Source: Nitrospirales bacterium (GTDB lineage: Bacteria > Nitrospirota > Nitrospiria > Nitrospirales > UBA8639). Taken from it: 64,000 nucleotides of DNA. Where the stretch lies: contig CBDCWC010000003.1 of NCBI GenBank assembly GCA_965223295.1, positions 480,001 to 544,000 of the forward strand, in the 5' to 3' direction. Shown here in pieces: positions 51,005 to 61,962 of the stretch (within the stretch, counting starts at the first letter, position 1; each line of letters begins with the position of its first letter). The translations under genes were made by a program, and so were the position numbers. The notes beneath the pieces are model-generated. The model was not told the origin of the DNA. It saw nothing but the letters and a program-made list of their open reading frames with translations, and made no database searches.

Positions 51005-52228
51005 ATGCAGACAAAAGATTTCTTGATCATTGGTGGCGGTGTGATTGGTCTGAGCATCGCGCGTCAATTAAAACGACGCTATTCAGATTCCTCCGTCCTC
51101 ATCGTTGAAAAGGAGCCTGCCTGCGGGCTGCATGCCAGTGGACGGAACAGTGGCGTGCTTCATGCTGGGTTTTATTATTCTCCAGACAGCTTAAAAGCTC
51201 AGTTCACCCGCCAAGGCAACGAAAAACTTCGGTATTATTGCGAAGAAAAGAAGATCAATCTTAATCAATGCGGAAAGCTTGTTGTTGCCAAAGATCATTC
51301 TGAGCTTGCGGCAATGGACGAGCTCATCAAACGAGGAAAAGCCAATGGCATTTCCTTACAAGAAATCACCGAAGCTGAAGCCAAAGAAATCGAACCCAGA
51401 GTCAAAACATATCAGCGCGCACTCTATTCCCCAACCACAGCCACAGTGGATCCAACCGAGGTCGTCAACGCGATGGTAATTGATGCTCAGCAAGAAGGAA
51501 TCGACATCCATCATGAGAATGGATATCAATCACGGCGAGGTGCCGTGGTCCATTGTTCGAAAAACTCGTATGAAGCTGGATATATCGTGAATGCTGCAGG
51601 GTTGTATGCTGATCACATTGCTCGAGACTTTGGTTTTTCTGAGCACTATCGCATTCTCCCTTTTAAGGGGCTTTATTTATACTCCAATGAACAACCGGGA
51701 ACGATACGCACCAATATTTATCCGGTCCCCGATTTGCGAAATCCATTTTTGGGTGTTCATGTCACGGTGACAGCTCACGGAAAGGCCAAAATTGGGCCTA
51801 CCGCCATCCCTGCGTTTTGGCGGGAACAGTATGAAAGCTTTGGAAATTTTCAGCTTTCAGAATTAATCGATGTGCTTGTACGTCAGGCAGGATTATTCTT
51901 CTTCTCGGAATTTAATTTCAAAAAACTCGCGTTTGAAGAAATTCAAAAATATTCCCGAACCCACTTGGTCCAGCTTGCCAGTTCCTTAATGGAAGGGATT
52001 ACCCCTCAACAATACCAGACCTGGGGCAAACCTGGAATTCGTGCGCAATTGCTTGATATCAAAACGCGCAAGCTTGAAATGGATTTTGTATTGGAAGGAG
52101 ACTCTCGATCCATGCATGTCTTAAATACGGTCTCACCAGCTTTTACCTGTTCCCTACCCTTCGCAGATTATGTTTGTCAGAACATTAGCCGCCAATTGGG
52201 TCACCAAGCAGCTGTTGCCACTTCATAG
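51005..52228 (+). CDS. lhgO: L-2-hydroxyglutarate oxidase family FAD oxidoreductase
   Basis: IIGGGVIG, SGRNSGVLHAG.YY, IYPVPD...FLGVH, GIRAQ. Confidence 0.88.
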   Translation: MQTKDFLIIGGGVIGLSIARQLKRRYSDSSVLIVEKEPACGLHASGRNSGVLHAGFYYSPDSLKAQFTRQGNEKLRYYCEEKKINLNQCGKLVVAKDHSELAAMDELIKRGKANGISLQEITEAEAKEIEPRVKTYQRALYSPTTATVDPTEVVNAMVIDAQQEGIDIHHENGYQSRRGAVVHCSKNSYEAGYIVNAAGLYADHIARDFGFSEHYRILPFKGLYLYSNEQPGTIRTNIYPVPDLRNPFLGVHVTVTAHGKAKIGPTAIPAFWREQYESFGNFQLSELIDVLVRQAGLFFFSEFNFKKLAFEEIQKYSRTHLVQLASSLMEGITPQQYQTWGKPGIRAQLLDIKTRKLEMDFVLEGDSRSMHVLNTVSPAFTCSLPFADYVCQNISRQLGHQAAVATS

Positions 52229-52245
52229 ATCTAAGAAGTCCTACA

Positions 52246-54153
52246 TCAACCTTGGGATAAAAGTCGGCGGCATTCCAGTTCATGTACAATGTTGATAGCC
52301 GCTTCTTCGGCTGTTTCCTGAGCTCCAGCAATTGTGATTTCTGCGTCATCGGGACGTTCATAGGGCGAATCAATGCCCGTAAAATTCTTAATTTCACCCG
52401 CTCGGGCTTTTTTATACAGACCCTTCACATCACGACGCTCACATTCCTCTAAAGGTGTATCAATGAACACCTCCAAAAATTCCCTATCGGCAACCATCTG
52501 ACGAGCCATTTCCCGTTCACTACGAAATGGCGAAATAAACGAGACCAATACAATCAGCCCAGCGTCAACCATCAATTTTGCCGTTTCGGATACACGGCGA
52601 ATATTTTCGACTCGATCAGCATCCGTGAAACCCAAATCCCGATTTAGCCCATGCCGTACATTGTCACCATCCAACAGATACGTATGACGCCCCAAGGAAT
52701 GCAGCTTCTTCTCAACCAAATTGGCAATTGAAGATTTTCCAGCACCCGACAAACCAGTAAACCAGAGAATGAAGGGCTTCTGTCTCTTCAAATGTGCGCG
52801 GGCGGCTTTATGAATATCAACCGACTGCCAATGAATATTATCTGCTCGACGTAAGGCAAAGTCGATCATCCCCACAGCAATCGTGGCATTGCTAAATCGA
52901 TCAATTAAGATAAAAGAGCCAGTGTCTCGATTCTCCTGATAGGGATCGAAAGATACGGGATAGTCCAAAGAAAAGTTACAAATGCCGATATCATTCATTT
53001 CCAATGTTTTCGTGGCCAGGTGTTCCAGTGTGTTCACATTAATTTTATATTTCAATGCCGTCACTTGCGCAGCTCGCATCTGACATCCCATCTTGATCCC
53101 ATACTGGCGACCCGGTAATAGAGGCTCCTCATGCATCCAAATAAGTTTGGCTTCAAACTGATCTGCGGTGGCGGGTCGAGCACGAGGGTCACTCAATATT
53201 TCACCGCGGCTGATGTCACATTGGTCGCGTAACGTTAACGTAACGGCTTGGCCAGCCACGGCACAGTCGACATCACCATCAAACGTCACGATCCGTTCAA
53301 TAGTGCTGGTTTGCCCAGAGGTTGGCACGACAACGGAATCCCCAGGCCGAACAGCCCCACTGACAATCGTGCCTGAGAAGCCTCGAAAATCCAGATGAGG
53401 CCGATTCACCCATTGGACCGGCATCCGGAACGGGTTAGTCGTCGTATCGTGATGAACCGTAACAGTCTCTAAATAGCTCATCATTGTCGGCCCATGAAAC
53501 CAATCCATATTCACACTTTGATGAAGAATATTGTCACCTTTCAGAGCCGAAATCGGAATCATCACGATCTTCTCGAACCCTAATGGCTTCGAAAATTCCG
53601 CGTACTGAGTCGCGATGGAATCAAATGTAGTTTTCGAATAGTCCACTAAATCCATCTTATTGACCGCAAGAATCACCTGCCGAATTCCAAGCAACGACAC
53701 AATGTAGCTATGACGCATGGTTTGCGTCAGGACACCCTTGCGCGCATCAATCATGATCACAGCAAGGTCAGCCGTGGAAGCTCCGGTTGCCATATTGCGC
53801 GTATATTGTTCATGTCCGGGTGCATCGGCCACAATAAATTTCCGTTTGTCAGTGTTGAAAAACCGATACGCCACATCAATCGTAATGCCCTGTTCACGTT
53901 CTGCCTGCAATCCGTCAACGAGCAAGGCATAGTCAATCTCTCCATGTTGCGTCCCCACCCGTTTGCTTTCAGATCTTAAGGTGGCTAGTTGATCCTCACT
54001 AACCAAATTTGAGTCCCAGAGTAATCGACCAATAAGCGTACTTTTGCCATCATCCACACTACCGCAGGTCAAAAAGCGCAACAGACCTTGTTCAGGCTGA
54101 GCTGTGCAGGTGGGTTCATTCAGATTGGTTTGATCGGAAGGTGAAGCCGGCAT
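52246..54153 (-). CDS. cysNC: Bifunctional sulfate adenylyltransferase subunit 1 / APS kinase
   Basis: [22 protein letters not shown]-terminal [21 protein letters not shown]. Confidence 0.96.
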   Translation of the reverse strand: MPASPSDQTNLNEPTCTAQPEQGLLRFLTCGSVDDGKSTLIGRLLWDSNLVSEDQLATLRSESKRVGTQHGEIDYALLVDGLQAEREQGITIDVAYRFFNTDKRKFIVADAPGHEQYTRNMATGASTADLAVIMIDARKGVLTQTMRHSYIVSLLGIRQVILAVNKMDLVDYSKTTFDSIATQYAEFSKPLGFEKIVMIPISALKGDNILHQSVNMDWFHGPTMMSYLETVTVHHDTTTNPFRMPVQWVNRPHLDFRGFSGTIVSGAVRPGDSVVVPTSGQTSTIERIVTFDGDVDCAVAGQAVTLTLRDQCDISRGEILSDPRARPATADQFEAKLIWMHEEPLLPGRQYGIKMGCQMRAAQVTALKYKINVNTLEHLATKTLEMNDIGICNFSLDYPVSFDPYQENRDTGSFILIDRFSNATIAVGMIDFALRRADNIHWQSVDIHKAARAHLKRQKPFILWFTGLSGAGKSSIANLVEKKLHSLGRHTYLLDGDNVRHGLNRDLGFTDADRVENIRRVSETAKLMVDAGLIVLVSFISPFRSEREMARQMVADREFLEVFIDTPLEECERRDVKGLYKKARAGEIKNFTGIDSPYERPDDAEITIAGAQETAEEAAINIVHELECRRLLSQG

Positions 54154-55055
54154 TAAAAGTAGCCTTCGTGTTTCTTTTTTTCCATCGAACCGATTGCATC
54201 CCGGTCGATGAGACGTCCTTGACGTTCTGAATGAGAGGAATGCTCCATCTCATGGATAATGTCAGCTAACGTGGAAGCCGTTGACTCAATCGCCCCTGTC
54301 AAAGGATAGCAACCGAGCGTTCGAAACCGCACAGACCGTAGAACTGGCTGTTCCTGAGGTTGGAGCGGCAAGCGATCATCATCCACCATCACCAGCATCC
54401 CGTCCCGCTCAACCACTGGGCGTGGTTTCGCAAAATAGAGCGGCACGACGGGAATCGCTTCCTGCTGAATATAATGCCAGACATCAAGCTCGGTCCAATT
54501 CGACAAAGGAAAGGCCCGGAGGCTTTCGCCTTTTCGGACTCGCGTATTAAAAATATGCCATAACTCAGGACGCTGCTTCTTGGGATCCCAGCGATGGGTC
54601 GAGGTACGAAACGACACAAACCGTTCTTTGGCGCGCGAAGCTTCCTCATCTCGTCGCGCCCCCCCAAATGCCGCATCAAAACCATATTGTTCTAATGCTT
54701 GCTTCAGCGCCTCGGTTTTCATGATATCTGTATATAATGAAGAGCCGTGAGTAATTGGATTCACACCTTGCTCGAGACCTTGGGCATTGGTATAGACCAG
54801 CAGTTCAAGATCGTTCTCCTCCGCAAGGTTATCCCGAAACGCAATCATGTCACGAAATTTCCACGTCGTGTCGATATGAAGAAGTGGAAAAGGGAGTTTT
54901 GAGGGATAAAAGGCCTTACGAGCCAGGTGCAGAAGAACAGAGGAATCCTTACCAATCGAATAAAGCAGCACGGGACGCTCACATTCAGCCACGATCTCCC
55001 GAAATAGATGGATACTCTCAGCTTCCAACTGCTGTAGATGGGTCGAAACACTCAT
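54153..55055 (-). CDS. cysD: Sulfate adenylyltransferase subunit 2
   Basis: [33 protein letters not shown]. Confidence 0.97.
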   Translation of the reverse strand: MSVSTHLQQLEAESIHLFREIVAECERPVLLYSIGKDSSVLLHLARKAFYPSKLPFPLLHIDTTWKFRDMIAFRDNLAEENDLELLVYTNAQGLEQGVNPITHGSSLYTDIMKTEALKQALEQYGFDAAFGGARRDEEASRAKERFVSFRTSTHRWDPKKQRPELWHIFNTRVRKGESLRAFPLSNWTELDVWHYIQQEAIPVVPLYFAKPRPVVERDGMLVMVDDDRLPLQPQEQPVLRSVRFRTLGCYPLTGAIESTASTLADIIHEMEHSSHSERQGRLIDRDAIGSMEKKKHEGYF

Positions 55056-55738
55056 GCTTAGACACTTACACTATTCTTACCAAGGAACACCACCTTAATT
55101 ACAAAAAAACTGCTTAAAAATTACGGTTTCTTTCATGAGATTGGTTATTTTAATAAATGATCTTCGCCGCAAGCAGCAGGAATACATCCTCAAGTGACTC
55201 AAACTAGTTGGCAGTATCGACAAGATTGGTGGCAACCATTCTCAACTCTAATACACTCTGACCATGCAATTCGAATACCTTAAAATATAAGCGTGAATTT
55301 TATCAGGTAGTGAGTAAGAAGGCGTCTTTAAGAAAGAATAGCAATATTCTGAGAACTCTACGGTCGAACGTATTGCCTAAATAGGTAATTGTCGCGCATC
55401 TTGATCCACAGTCAACCCCGTCTTGCAATCATGCGCTGCACCTAAACGTTGACGGAATTGTGAAAGGTCAGAGACATCCACCTTTTGACTATCTGCGAAA
55501 ACACTGAACAGTGTACGACCTAAAATGCCTTCTAGTTTAAATCCACCAATGAGGAAACCCTGAGACGAGATGAAACAAAAAAGTACCTTAATAGAACCAC
55601 TCCAATATTATTTCAACCTCCTTCTTCTTATATTTGCGTTGATAAAAACAGAGTTCTCTTTTCAGAGACATGTTAGAGAGGCTACGGGCAGCTCAATGAG
55701 ATAATACAGAAAACTCAGATTTTTTCTACACGAAATTC

Positions 55739-55770
55739 ATGAGCCCCATATCTTTAGATACGAGGCTCAT
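55739..55770. terminator. Possible hairpin terminator after the collagen-like gene
   Basis: ATGAGCC...GGCTCAT imperfect stem. Confidence 0.4.
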
Positions 55771-55817
55771 AAGTATTCTAAGAAATCTTCCGAAACGACC
55801 AGTTTGGATTCACGATC

Positions 55818-56626
55818 CTATTGAATAGACCCGCAAATAGCTTTACCAATAACGATTCCAGCGGGACCTTCCAGATCTCCCATAAACTCAATGACAGCTT
55901 CATTTTCCTCCAAATCTACAGTAAGAGTTTGGAGAGAGGAGTAAAGAGGAAGATTTTGAATCCCTGCTGACAGAACCCTTCCCAACCCATCACACGAAAT
56001 CCTCAAGATTTGTAGATCACCATTTGCAACCAATTCTTGAGTCTTCTCTTGGATAGTTAGCATCCCAACACCGCCTGGCCCCGGATCCCCCTGAGGTCCT
56101 TGCGGCCCAACTGGTCCTGGATCGCCCTGAGGCCCTTGCGGCCCGGCTGGTCCAGGATCACCCTGAAGCCCTTGTGGTCCTGCTGGACCAGGATCGCCCT
56201 GAGGCCCCCGTGGGCCGACTGCTCCGGCTCCTCCAATAGTCAAGTCGTATTCATCATGCTTGCTCTGACCGTTTCCGGTTGAGACAGAAAGCAAATAGTC
56301 ACCAGAAGTCAATGCATCGGGATAGGTTGCTACGATATTGACATCTGTTGGAGTACCCTGAATGGTCAAGGGACCAAATTCACCGAGCGTCACAACTAAA
56401 TCTGAAAGATTTACAAAACTAAATGCTTCACCTTTAATGACAAATGTAGTTTCAGAGGCTACTTCATCCACCACTACTTCCACTTCTTTAATGACAAGAT
56501 GATTTCCAGGCAAGCTGGGGGCACGTCATGGGCAGCCACTGCCACAGTAGACCAACCGAAACTAGCAATGTAGAAGACCGAACTGAGGATAAGACCTGTT
56601 TGGAAAGAGCGGGCTCGCAGACTCAT
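55818..56626 (-). pseudogene. Secreted Ig-like + collagen (Gly-X-Y) protein, frameshifted just after the signal peptide
   Basis: GAGGAGG RBS and ATG 56626 give a signal peptide ...AVAAHDVPP; the mature part continues in another frame across G5 at 56517-56521; GPQGDPGPA repeats. Confidence 0.72.
56076..56220 (-). repeat. Tandem 27-bp collagen-coding units
   Basis: GPxGPQGDP repeated about five times. Confidence 0.85.
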
Positions 56627-56956
56627 ACACACCTCCTCTGAAATTGTGCTGGTAGATTGAGATGAAACATATAGATGATTTCTTTCCTGAACTGATTCGG
56701 GAAAAACCCAGAAAACTTTAAAACACCATGAGGGAGGTGTGATTTCCTTCATTTATTCCTTTATTGGTGGACAACAATTGAATGCTGGGCACGAAATGAT
56801 GGGCCAACAATCTCTAACCTCCCAAAAAGGACCCAAATAGGAAATGACACAAAGGATCTTATGCCGACTAACTGTTTAGTCAAAAGAATTTGATAAGACA
56901 TCCGGATACAGAATTTACTACATGAACAGAATGCCAACTTATCAAAAAACTAACTT

Positions 56957-57133
56957 GGGTCTGCTGAAAACAGCCATCAGCTCCGTTCCCTGCCTTCTCC
57001 GTAGCAGCTTAGCGTAGGCTGGTCACCATGTTTCTGTGCTCACCTACTGAGTGTACACTCCGCACAAAAAAAATGGCTGCAACCATGAGTGGATCCTTCG
57101 ATATTCTCAGGACCTACTGTGTTGAACCAACCC
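56957..57133 (+). repeat. Family A repeat, copy 6 (degenerate, composite)
   Basis: GGGTCTGCTGAAAACAGCCATCAGC..CGTTCCCTGCCTTC...GTGCTCAC.TAC..AGTGTACACTCCGC...TTGAACCAACCC. Confidence 0.75.
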
Positions 57134-57288
57134 AAAGCCCTCGACAAATTTGCCACTGAAGTTCGGTATTGTTTCCCGCTCTCAACTTCTATTTTTGGAC
57201 CTTGAAACAGGTCGGCCTTAGACCTATTATTTTCGTTGATGGAGACAGCTCTTTCCTCTTTCAGGCTTTTCCCTTTACAATAAAGAAT

Positions 57289-58014
57289 ATGCTGAATCGG
57301 TTTATTCGGTGGATTCAACGGTTTAAGGGATGGTTTGGGGGAGCAGCGGCTCTTTGTATTTTCCTCGGTCTCTATACCGGCTTATTTGCTTCCCCGCCTG
57401 ATTATTACCAGGGTGAATTGGTGCGGATCATGTATGTCCATGTTCCCTTAGCCCACACCAGTACGCTGGCCTATTCCGTGTTGTTTTTTGGCAGCATCTG
57501 GTATTTATGGAAACGCGACCCGCTTGTGGATAATGCCTGCCAAGCTTCGGCAGGTATCTGTGCGCTGTTTACAGCCTTGGCCCTCATAACTGGATCCATC
57601 TGGGCAAAACCCACTTGGAACACATGGTGGACATGGGATCCCCGATTAGTCTCCTTTAGTGTGCTGCTCCTGATTTTGGGTGGATACCTGATGCTTCGAA
57701 AACTTGTCGATGACCGAGAACGAGGTGGGCGCTATGCCGCCATTCTGGCCATTGTCGGGGGGATCGATCTTCCAATTATCAAGTTTTCGGTAGAATGGTG
57801 GCGGACCCTACACCAACCCATGTCGTTCTCAACCCGAGGGGTGGCTATTTCTGATGACATCCTGGTTCCCTTAACCTTAATGAGCATTGGAGCCTGGCTC
57901 CTGTTTGCCTATATGGTGATGGTGCGTACACAAATTTTATATCTCACCGATCTACTTCAGGCGAAAAAAGGGCGTCTGCTCAGTCAGACTCATTTTTCAC
58001 AAGCTCAATCATGA
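57289..58014 (+). CDS. ccmC: Heme exporter/chaperone-loading protein CcmC
   Basis: RIMYVHVP, TGSIWAKPTWNTWWTWDPRL, SVEWWRTLHQ. Confidence 0.96.
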   Translation: MLNRFIRWIQRFKGWFGGAAALCIFLGLYTGLFASPPDYYQGELVRIMYVHVPLAHTSTLAYSVLFFGSIWYLWKRDPLVDNACQASAGICALFTALALITGSIWAKPTWNTWWTWDPRLVSFSVLLLILGGYLMLRKLVDDRERGGRYAAILAIVGGIDLPIIKFSVEWWRTLHQPMSFSTRGVAISDDILVPLTLMSIGAWLLFAYMVMVRTQILYLTDLLQAKKGRLLSQTHFSQAQS

Positions 58015-58523
58015 CGTCATTTTATACACGATGGGCCATATTGGTCGGGGGACTGATCATTGTCGCCTTGATGACGTACAACCACTATCAGCAGGACCTC
58101 TCCACCATCCCATTAGCTACAGTTGTGAGTCGCCCGCCAAACTCTGATATTCTTCGTATTCAGGGAATGGTGAAAAGTGGCACCCTAACTGGCAACATAG
58201 AACAAGGACAGGCCACATTTGAATTGATCGATGGCCCCACCACCCTTCTTGTCGAATATGCTGGGCCGCCCTTAGAAAATATTCGTGAACTCAAAACGAT
58301 GGTTTTGATTGGCCATTTGGATGCTCAAACTCAGACATTCAAAGCTAAAGATACGGCTCTGATAAACAATTTTGGATTTGTGGCCGCAGCCTATTTGCTC
58401 ACGGTGGTCACGCTTGCCTGGGTTGTATTTGCCATGGGGCAAAGAGTCATGGTTTTATTTAAGGAAATCAAAGACGAAAAACTCTACGAACCGGAGAACG
58501 AACCCCTTGCCAGCAACAAATAA
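58011..58523 (+). CDS. CcmE-like OB-fold protein lacking the heme His, with CcmD-like C-terminal helix
   Basis: LRIQGMVKSGT...FELIDG...VEYAG.P..NIRE; C-terminal FVAAAYLLT TM plus charged tail. Confidence 0.7.
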   Translation: MTSFYTRWAILVGGLIIVALMTYNHYQQDLSTIPLATVVSRPPNSDILRIQGMVKSGTLTGNIEQGQATFELIDGPTTLLVEYAGPPLENIRELKTMVLIGHLDAQTQTFKAKDTALINNFGFVAAAYLLTVVTLAWVVFAMGQRVMVLFKEIKDEKLYEPENEPLASNK

Positions 58524-58962
58524 AAAAGTCGCGATTATTATCAGTATCCTCCTCATTGCCGGATCTTTGGCCTATTTGGCCTTTGGCAATTTCGGGGAAA
58601 ATATTGTCTATTTTGTGACCCCGTCAGAAGTCAAAGCCTTTACACCCGAAACCTATTCCAAAAAGGTCCGCGTGGGCGGCATGGTGGTGAAAGGCAGCTT
58701 GAAGACGCAGCCTGATCCAGTGGGACTCACCTTCGAACTCACGGACGGGACCAGTACCATCCCCGTAGCCTTCCAGGGCATTCCGCCTGATCTGTTCAAA
58801 GAAGGCCAAGGCGCGGTCGTCGAAGGCCAATGGAAAGATGGGCAGACCTTTCACTCAACGATGATTATGGCGAAACATTCTGAAGACTATATGCCCATGG
58901 AGCTGAAGCGGGCGGGCGTCGAACTCCCCAAAAAAGATTTCATGAAGACCCTCTCTCAGTAA
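58507..58962 (+). CDS. ccmE: Cytochrome c maturation heme chaperone CcmE
   Basis: YFVTPSE, VRVGGMV, PDLFKEGQG, AKHSEDYMP (HxxxY); TTG start inferred. Confidence 0.95.
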   Translation: MPATNKKVAIIISILLIAGSLAYLAFGNFGENIVYFVTPSEVKAFTPETYSKKVRVGGMVVKGSLKTQPDPVGLTFELTDGTSTIPVAFQGIPPDLFKEGQGAVVEGQWKDGQTFHSTMIMAKHSEDYMPMELKRAGVELPKKDFMKTLSQ

Positions 58963-58984
58963 AGGGCGGGCGTCCCCAACCTAC

Positions 58985-60934
58985 ATGATCATAGAAATCG
59001 GACATTTTTCGGTTATCGTTGCCCTCGTGCTGTCCGTCTTCGGGATGGCCAGCGCCGCCCTAGCTCTGAAAACCCGCAATCCAGATTGGGCTCGCTCGGG
59101 GCGCATGGCCCTCACGTTGATTTTTGTCCTACTCAGTATTGGGATGCTGTCTCTGGTCTATTCTTTTATTGTCCGAGACTTCTCTGTTCTCTACGTCGCC
59201 AACAATTCCAACTCGAAACTCCCGTTCTTTTATACCGTATCAGCGGTCTGGGGCGGCCATGAGGGCTCCTTGCTGCTCTGGGTCTTTATTCTGTCAGTCT
59301 TCAGCACCTTGGCTGTTTGGCTGCATTGGCGCACACAACCCACAATTATGCCCTATTTGATTGCCGTGGAATGTGGAGTGATTTTTGGGTTTCTCTGCCT
59401 AATCGTGTTTCTCTCCAGTCCCTTTGAACGATTGCTCCCCGTCCCTACCGATGGCAAAGATCTGAATCCACTTTTGCAAGACCCGGCAATGGTGATGCAT
59501 CCACCAATGCTGTATATGGGGTATGTGGGATTTTCAATTCCCTTTTCCTTTGCCATGGCCGCCCTCTTCTCCGGCCGGTTAGGTGAAGAATGGATCAAAG
59601 TCACACAACGCTGGACCACCTTCGCCTGGATGTGCCTCACAACAGGCATACTTTTGGGTGGGTATTGGGCCTATTATGAATTGGGCTGGGGCGGTTATTG
59701 GGGTTGGGACCCTGTTGAGAACGCCTCGTTTATGCCATGGCTGGTGGGAACTGCCTATCTCCATTCCGTGTTGGTTCAAGAGAAGCGAAAAATGTTCAAA
59801 GTCTGGAATTTATTCCTGATTATTGTGACGTTTTCGCTCTCACTCATTGGAACCTTTTTGGTACGCAGTGGCGTGCTTACTTCTGTTCATTCCTTCGCCA
59901 CCGATCCTGAACGAGGCCTGTATATTTTAATTTTTGTGGGCAGTGTGATAGGCATTGCCTTTGGCGCTCTCATTCTCCGGTCACCTAAACTCAAATCTCA
60001 AATCGAAATGGATTCACTCATCTCACGGGAATCGATTTTTCTTTTTAATAATTTATTTTTCCTGGTCGCGGCTGCTACGGTTTTTTTAGGCACGCTCTAT
60101 CCACTCATTCTTGAAACCATCGGTGGGGGCAAGGTCACGGTAGGACCACCCTATTACAATGCGGTCTTCATGCCTATTGCGTTGGGCTTGCTCTTTCTCA
60201 TGGGCATCGGCCCCTACATTCCCTGGCGGAAGGCCTCCGTCGCCAATTTAAAGAAAAGTTTTTCAACACCTTTATTGGCTGGTGCGATCATTGTCATCTT
60301 GTTGGCCGTCACAGGCATTCGAAACCTGTATGCCTTAGCAGGAAGTTATGTGGTGGCATTTGCGGGGATGGCTATTTTTCTGGACTTTGGGAAAGTGTCA
60401 CAACTCTATGCCCAGCGCAATAAAAGCAATATTTTCAAGGGAGGATTATCCGCTTTTACCGCTAACCAACGACGCTATGCGGCCATGCTGACGCATGTTG
60501 GCGTGCTGGTGTTAGTGATCGGAATCATCGCTTCAACGATCTATCAAACCGAGAAAGTCGTCTCGATGAAAGTCGGCGACGAAATGGCCATTGGCGACTA
60601 CCGCATGAAGCTTACAAATATCCATGATGTTGAAGGCGGAAATTGGAAAGCCGAAGAAGGCGTCTTTCAAGTTTTTGAAGATGAAACACTTATCACGGAA
60701 CTTCGTCCCCAAAAACGTATTTACAATGCCACTCAAACTCCCACGACTGAATCTGCCATCTATTCCATCAACATGGGGCATATCTTTTTGACGATGCCCG
60801 AAGTTTCTCCGGAAGGCGTGGCGGTAGCCCGAGGTGTCCTCAATCCACTGATTCTTTGGGTCTGGGGTGGCGGTGTTATTATGGGGCTGGGCGTCATTCT
60901 GAATATTCTTCGCCCACGCAAGAGAGAAGAATGA
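58985..60934 (+). CDS. ccmF: Heme lyase CcmF
   Basis: WGGHEGSLLLW, HPPMLY, WAYYELGWGGYWGWDPVEN, SVHSFA. Confidence 0.97.
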   Translation: MIIEIGHFSVIVALVLSVFGMASAALALKTRNPDWARSGRMALTLIFVLLSIGMLSLVYSFIVRDFSVLYVANNSNSKLPFFYTVSAVWGGHEGSLLLWVFILSVFSTLAVWLHWRTQPTIMPYLIAVECGVIFGFLCLIVFLSSPFERLLPVPTDGKDLNPLLQDPAMVMHPPMLYMGYVGFSIPFSFAMAALFSGRLGEEWIKVTQRWTTFAWMCLTTGILLGGYWAYYELGWGGYWGWDPVENASFMPWLVGTAYLHSVLVQEKRKMFKVWNLFLIIVTFSLSLIGTFLVRSGVLTSVHSFATDPERGLYILIFVGSVIGIAFGALILRSPKLKSQIEMDSLISRESIFLFNNLFFLVAAATVFLGTLYPLILETIGGGKVTVGPPYYNAVFMPIALGLLFLMGIGPYIPWRKASVANLKKSFSTPLLAGAIIVILLAVTGIRNLYALAGSYVVAFAGMAIFLDFGKVSQLYAQRNKSNIFKGGLSAFTANQRRYAAMLTHVGVLVLVIGIIASTIYQTEKVVSMKVGDEMAIGDYRMKLTNIHDVEGGNWKAEEGVFQVFEDETLITELRPQKRIYNATQTPTTESAIYSINMGHIFLTMPEVSPEGVAVARGVLNPLILWVWGGGVIMGLGVILNILRPRKREE

Positions 60935-61479
60935 CCAAAGCCGCCCAATTGACTTTGGTCCTGGTGTTGCTAGGACTCTTTGCCTTGTTTTATCAAGGTC
61001 TTTGGGGAGACCCTCGACATATTCCGACGGTGCTCATCGGCACAGATGCGCCCATGAGTGAAGGGCCCGATGTGGAAACCGGTGAACCAATTTCCTTGAA
61101 CCAATTTAAAGGCAAAGTCATCCTGCTGAATTTTTGGGCCTCCTGGTGTTATGAATGCAAGGTAGAACATGAAAGCGTGTTAGAACTTCATCAATTATTT
61201 AAAGATGACCCGAACTTTGTCATGCTAGGGATCAACTACCAAGACGAACTGCCAGATGCCCAGCAATATCTCAAAGAATATGGCACCACCTTCTCGCATA
61301 TGCGAGACGTCAAAGGCCAAATTGCCATTGATTATGGCGTCTATGGCGTACCGGAAACCTTCGTCATCGATCAAGAGGGAAAGATCCGTTATAAGTATGT
61401 TGGACCTATTACCGGTCACATGTATACGATGATTACCCAAAAAGTCATTGCTCCGTTGCTCAAAGGTCAGCCCATCTAA
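60931..61479 (+). CDS. ccmG: CcmG/DsbE thiol-disulfide oxidoreductase
   Basis: NFWASWCYEC..EH, YGVYGVPETF; ATGA overlap with ccmF. Confidence 0.9.
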   Translation: MTKAAQLTLVLVLLGLFALFYQGLWGDPRHIPTVLIGTDAPMSEGPDVETGEPISLNQFKGKVILLNFWASWCYECKVEHESVLELHQLFKDDPNFVMLGINYQDELPDAQQYLKEYGTTFSHMRDVKGQIAIDYGVYGVPETFVIDQEGKIRYKYVGPITGHMYTMITQKVIAPLLKGQPI

Positions 61480-61946
61480 TGTCTATTCGTCTGATTTTTG
61501 TCTTCATATGTATTCTCACAACACCTTGGTCTTTACTCGCCGAAGTTCAAGATGAAACGGCCTTAGATATTCAGGTTCGAGAAATTGCAAAAACGCTGCG
61601 CTGTACAGTGTGTCAAACCGAAAACATTTGGGAGTCAGGCGCGCCACTCGCCCAACAGATGCGCGGGGTCGTGCGGGAACGATTAAAAATGGGGCACAGC
61701 CCGGAGGATATTAAGGAATATTTTCTCAGCCGCTATGGGGATTATATTATGATGCAACCCCCTGCCCACGGCGTGAATTGGCTTCTGTGGTTGGGACCCT
61801 TCATCCTGCTATTGGGAGGAGGCGTGCTTCTTTACAAAGAAGTGATTGGCTGGGTGGGCCGTACCCCATCCTCAGCAACGGCTCCCCCGCCACCTCCGTT
61901 AGACGATCAGGCACGCCAGCGTCTCGAGCGTGAGTTAGAATCGTAG
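61479..61946 (+). CDS. ccmH: CcmH/CycL
   Basis: LRCTVCQ, SRYGDYI, LLWLGP. Confidence 0.93.
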   Translation: MSIRLIFVFICILTTPWSLLAEVQDETALDIQVREIAKTLRCTVCQTENIWESGAPLAQQMRGVVRERLKMGHSPEDIKEYFLSRYGDYIMMQPPAHGVNWLLWLGPFILLLGGGVLLYKEVIGWVGRTPSSATAPPPPPLDDQARQRLERELES

Positions 61947-61962
61947 GCTCTTTTTCCCTACC

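Noticed and set aside
55056-55817. Hidden ncRNA or gene remnant in the 760-bp spacer
   Set aside because: No recognisable RNA motif, ORF or repeat apart from one hairpin; cannot be supported without a search.
50833-57288. Prophage or integrative element
   Set aside because: No integrase, phage gene or att-like direct repeat was recognised.
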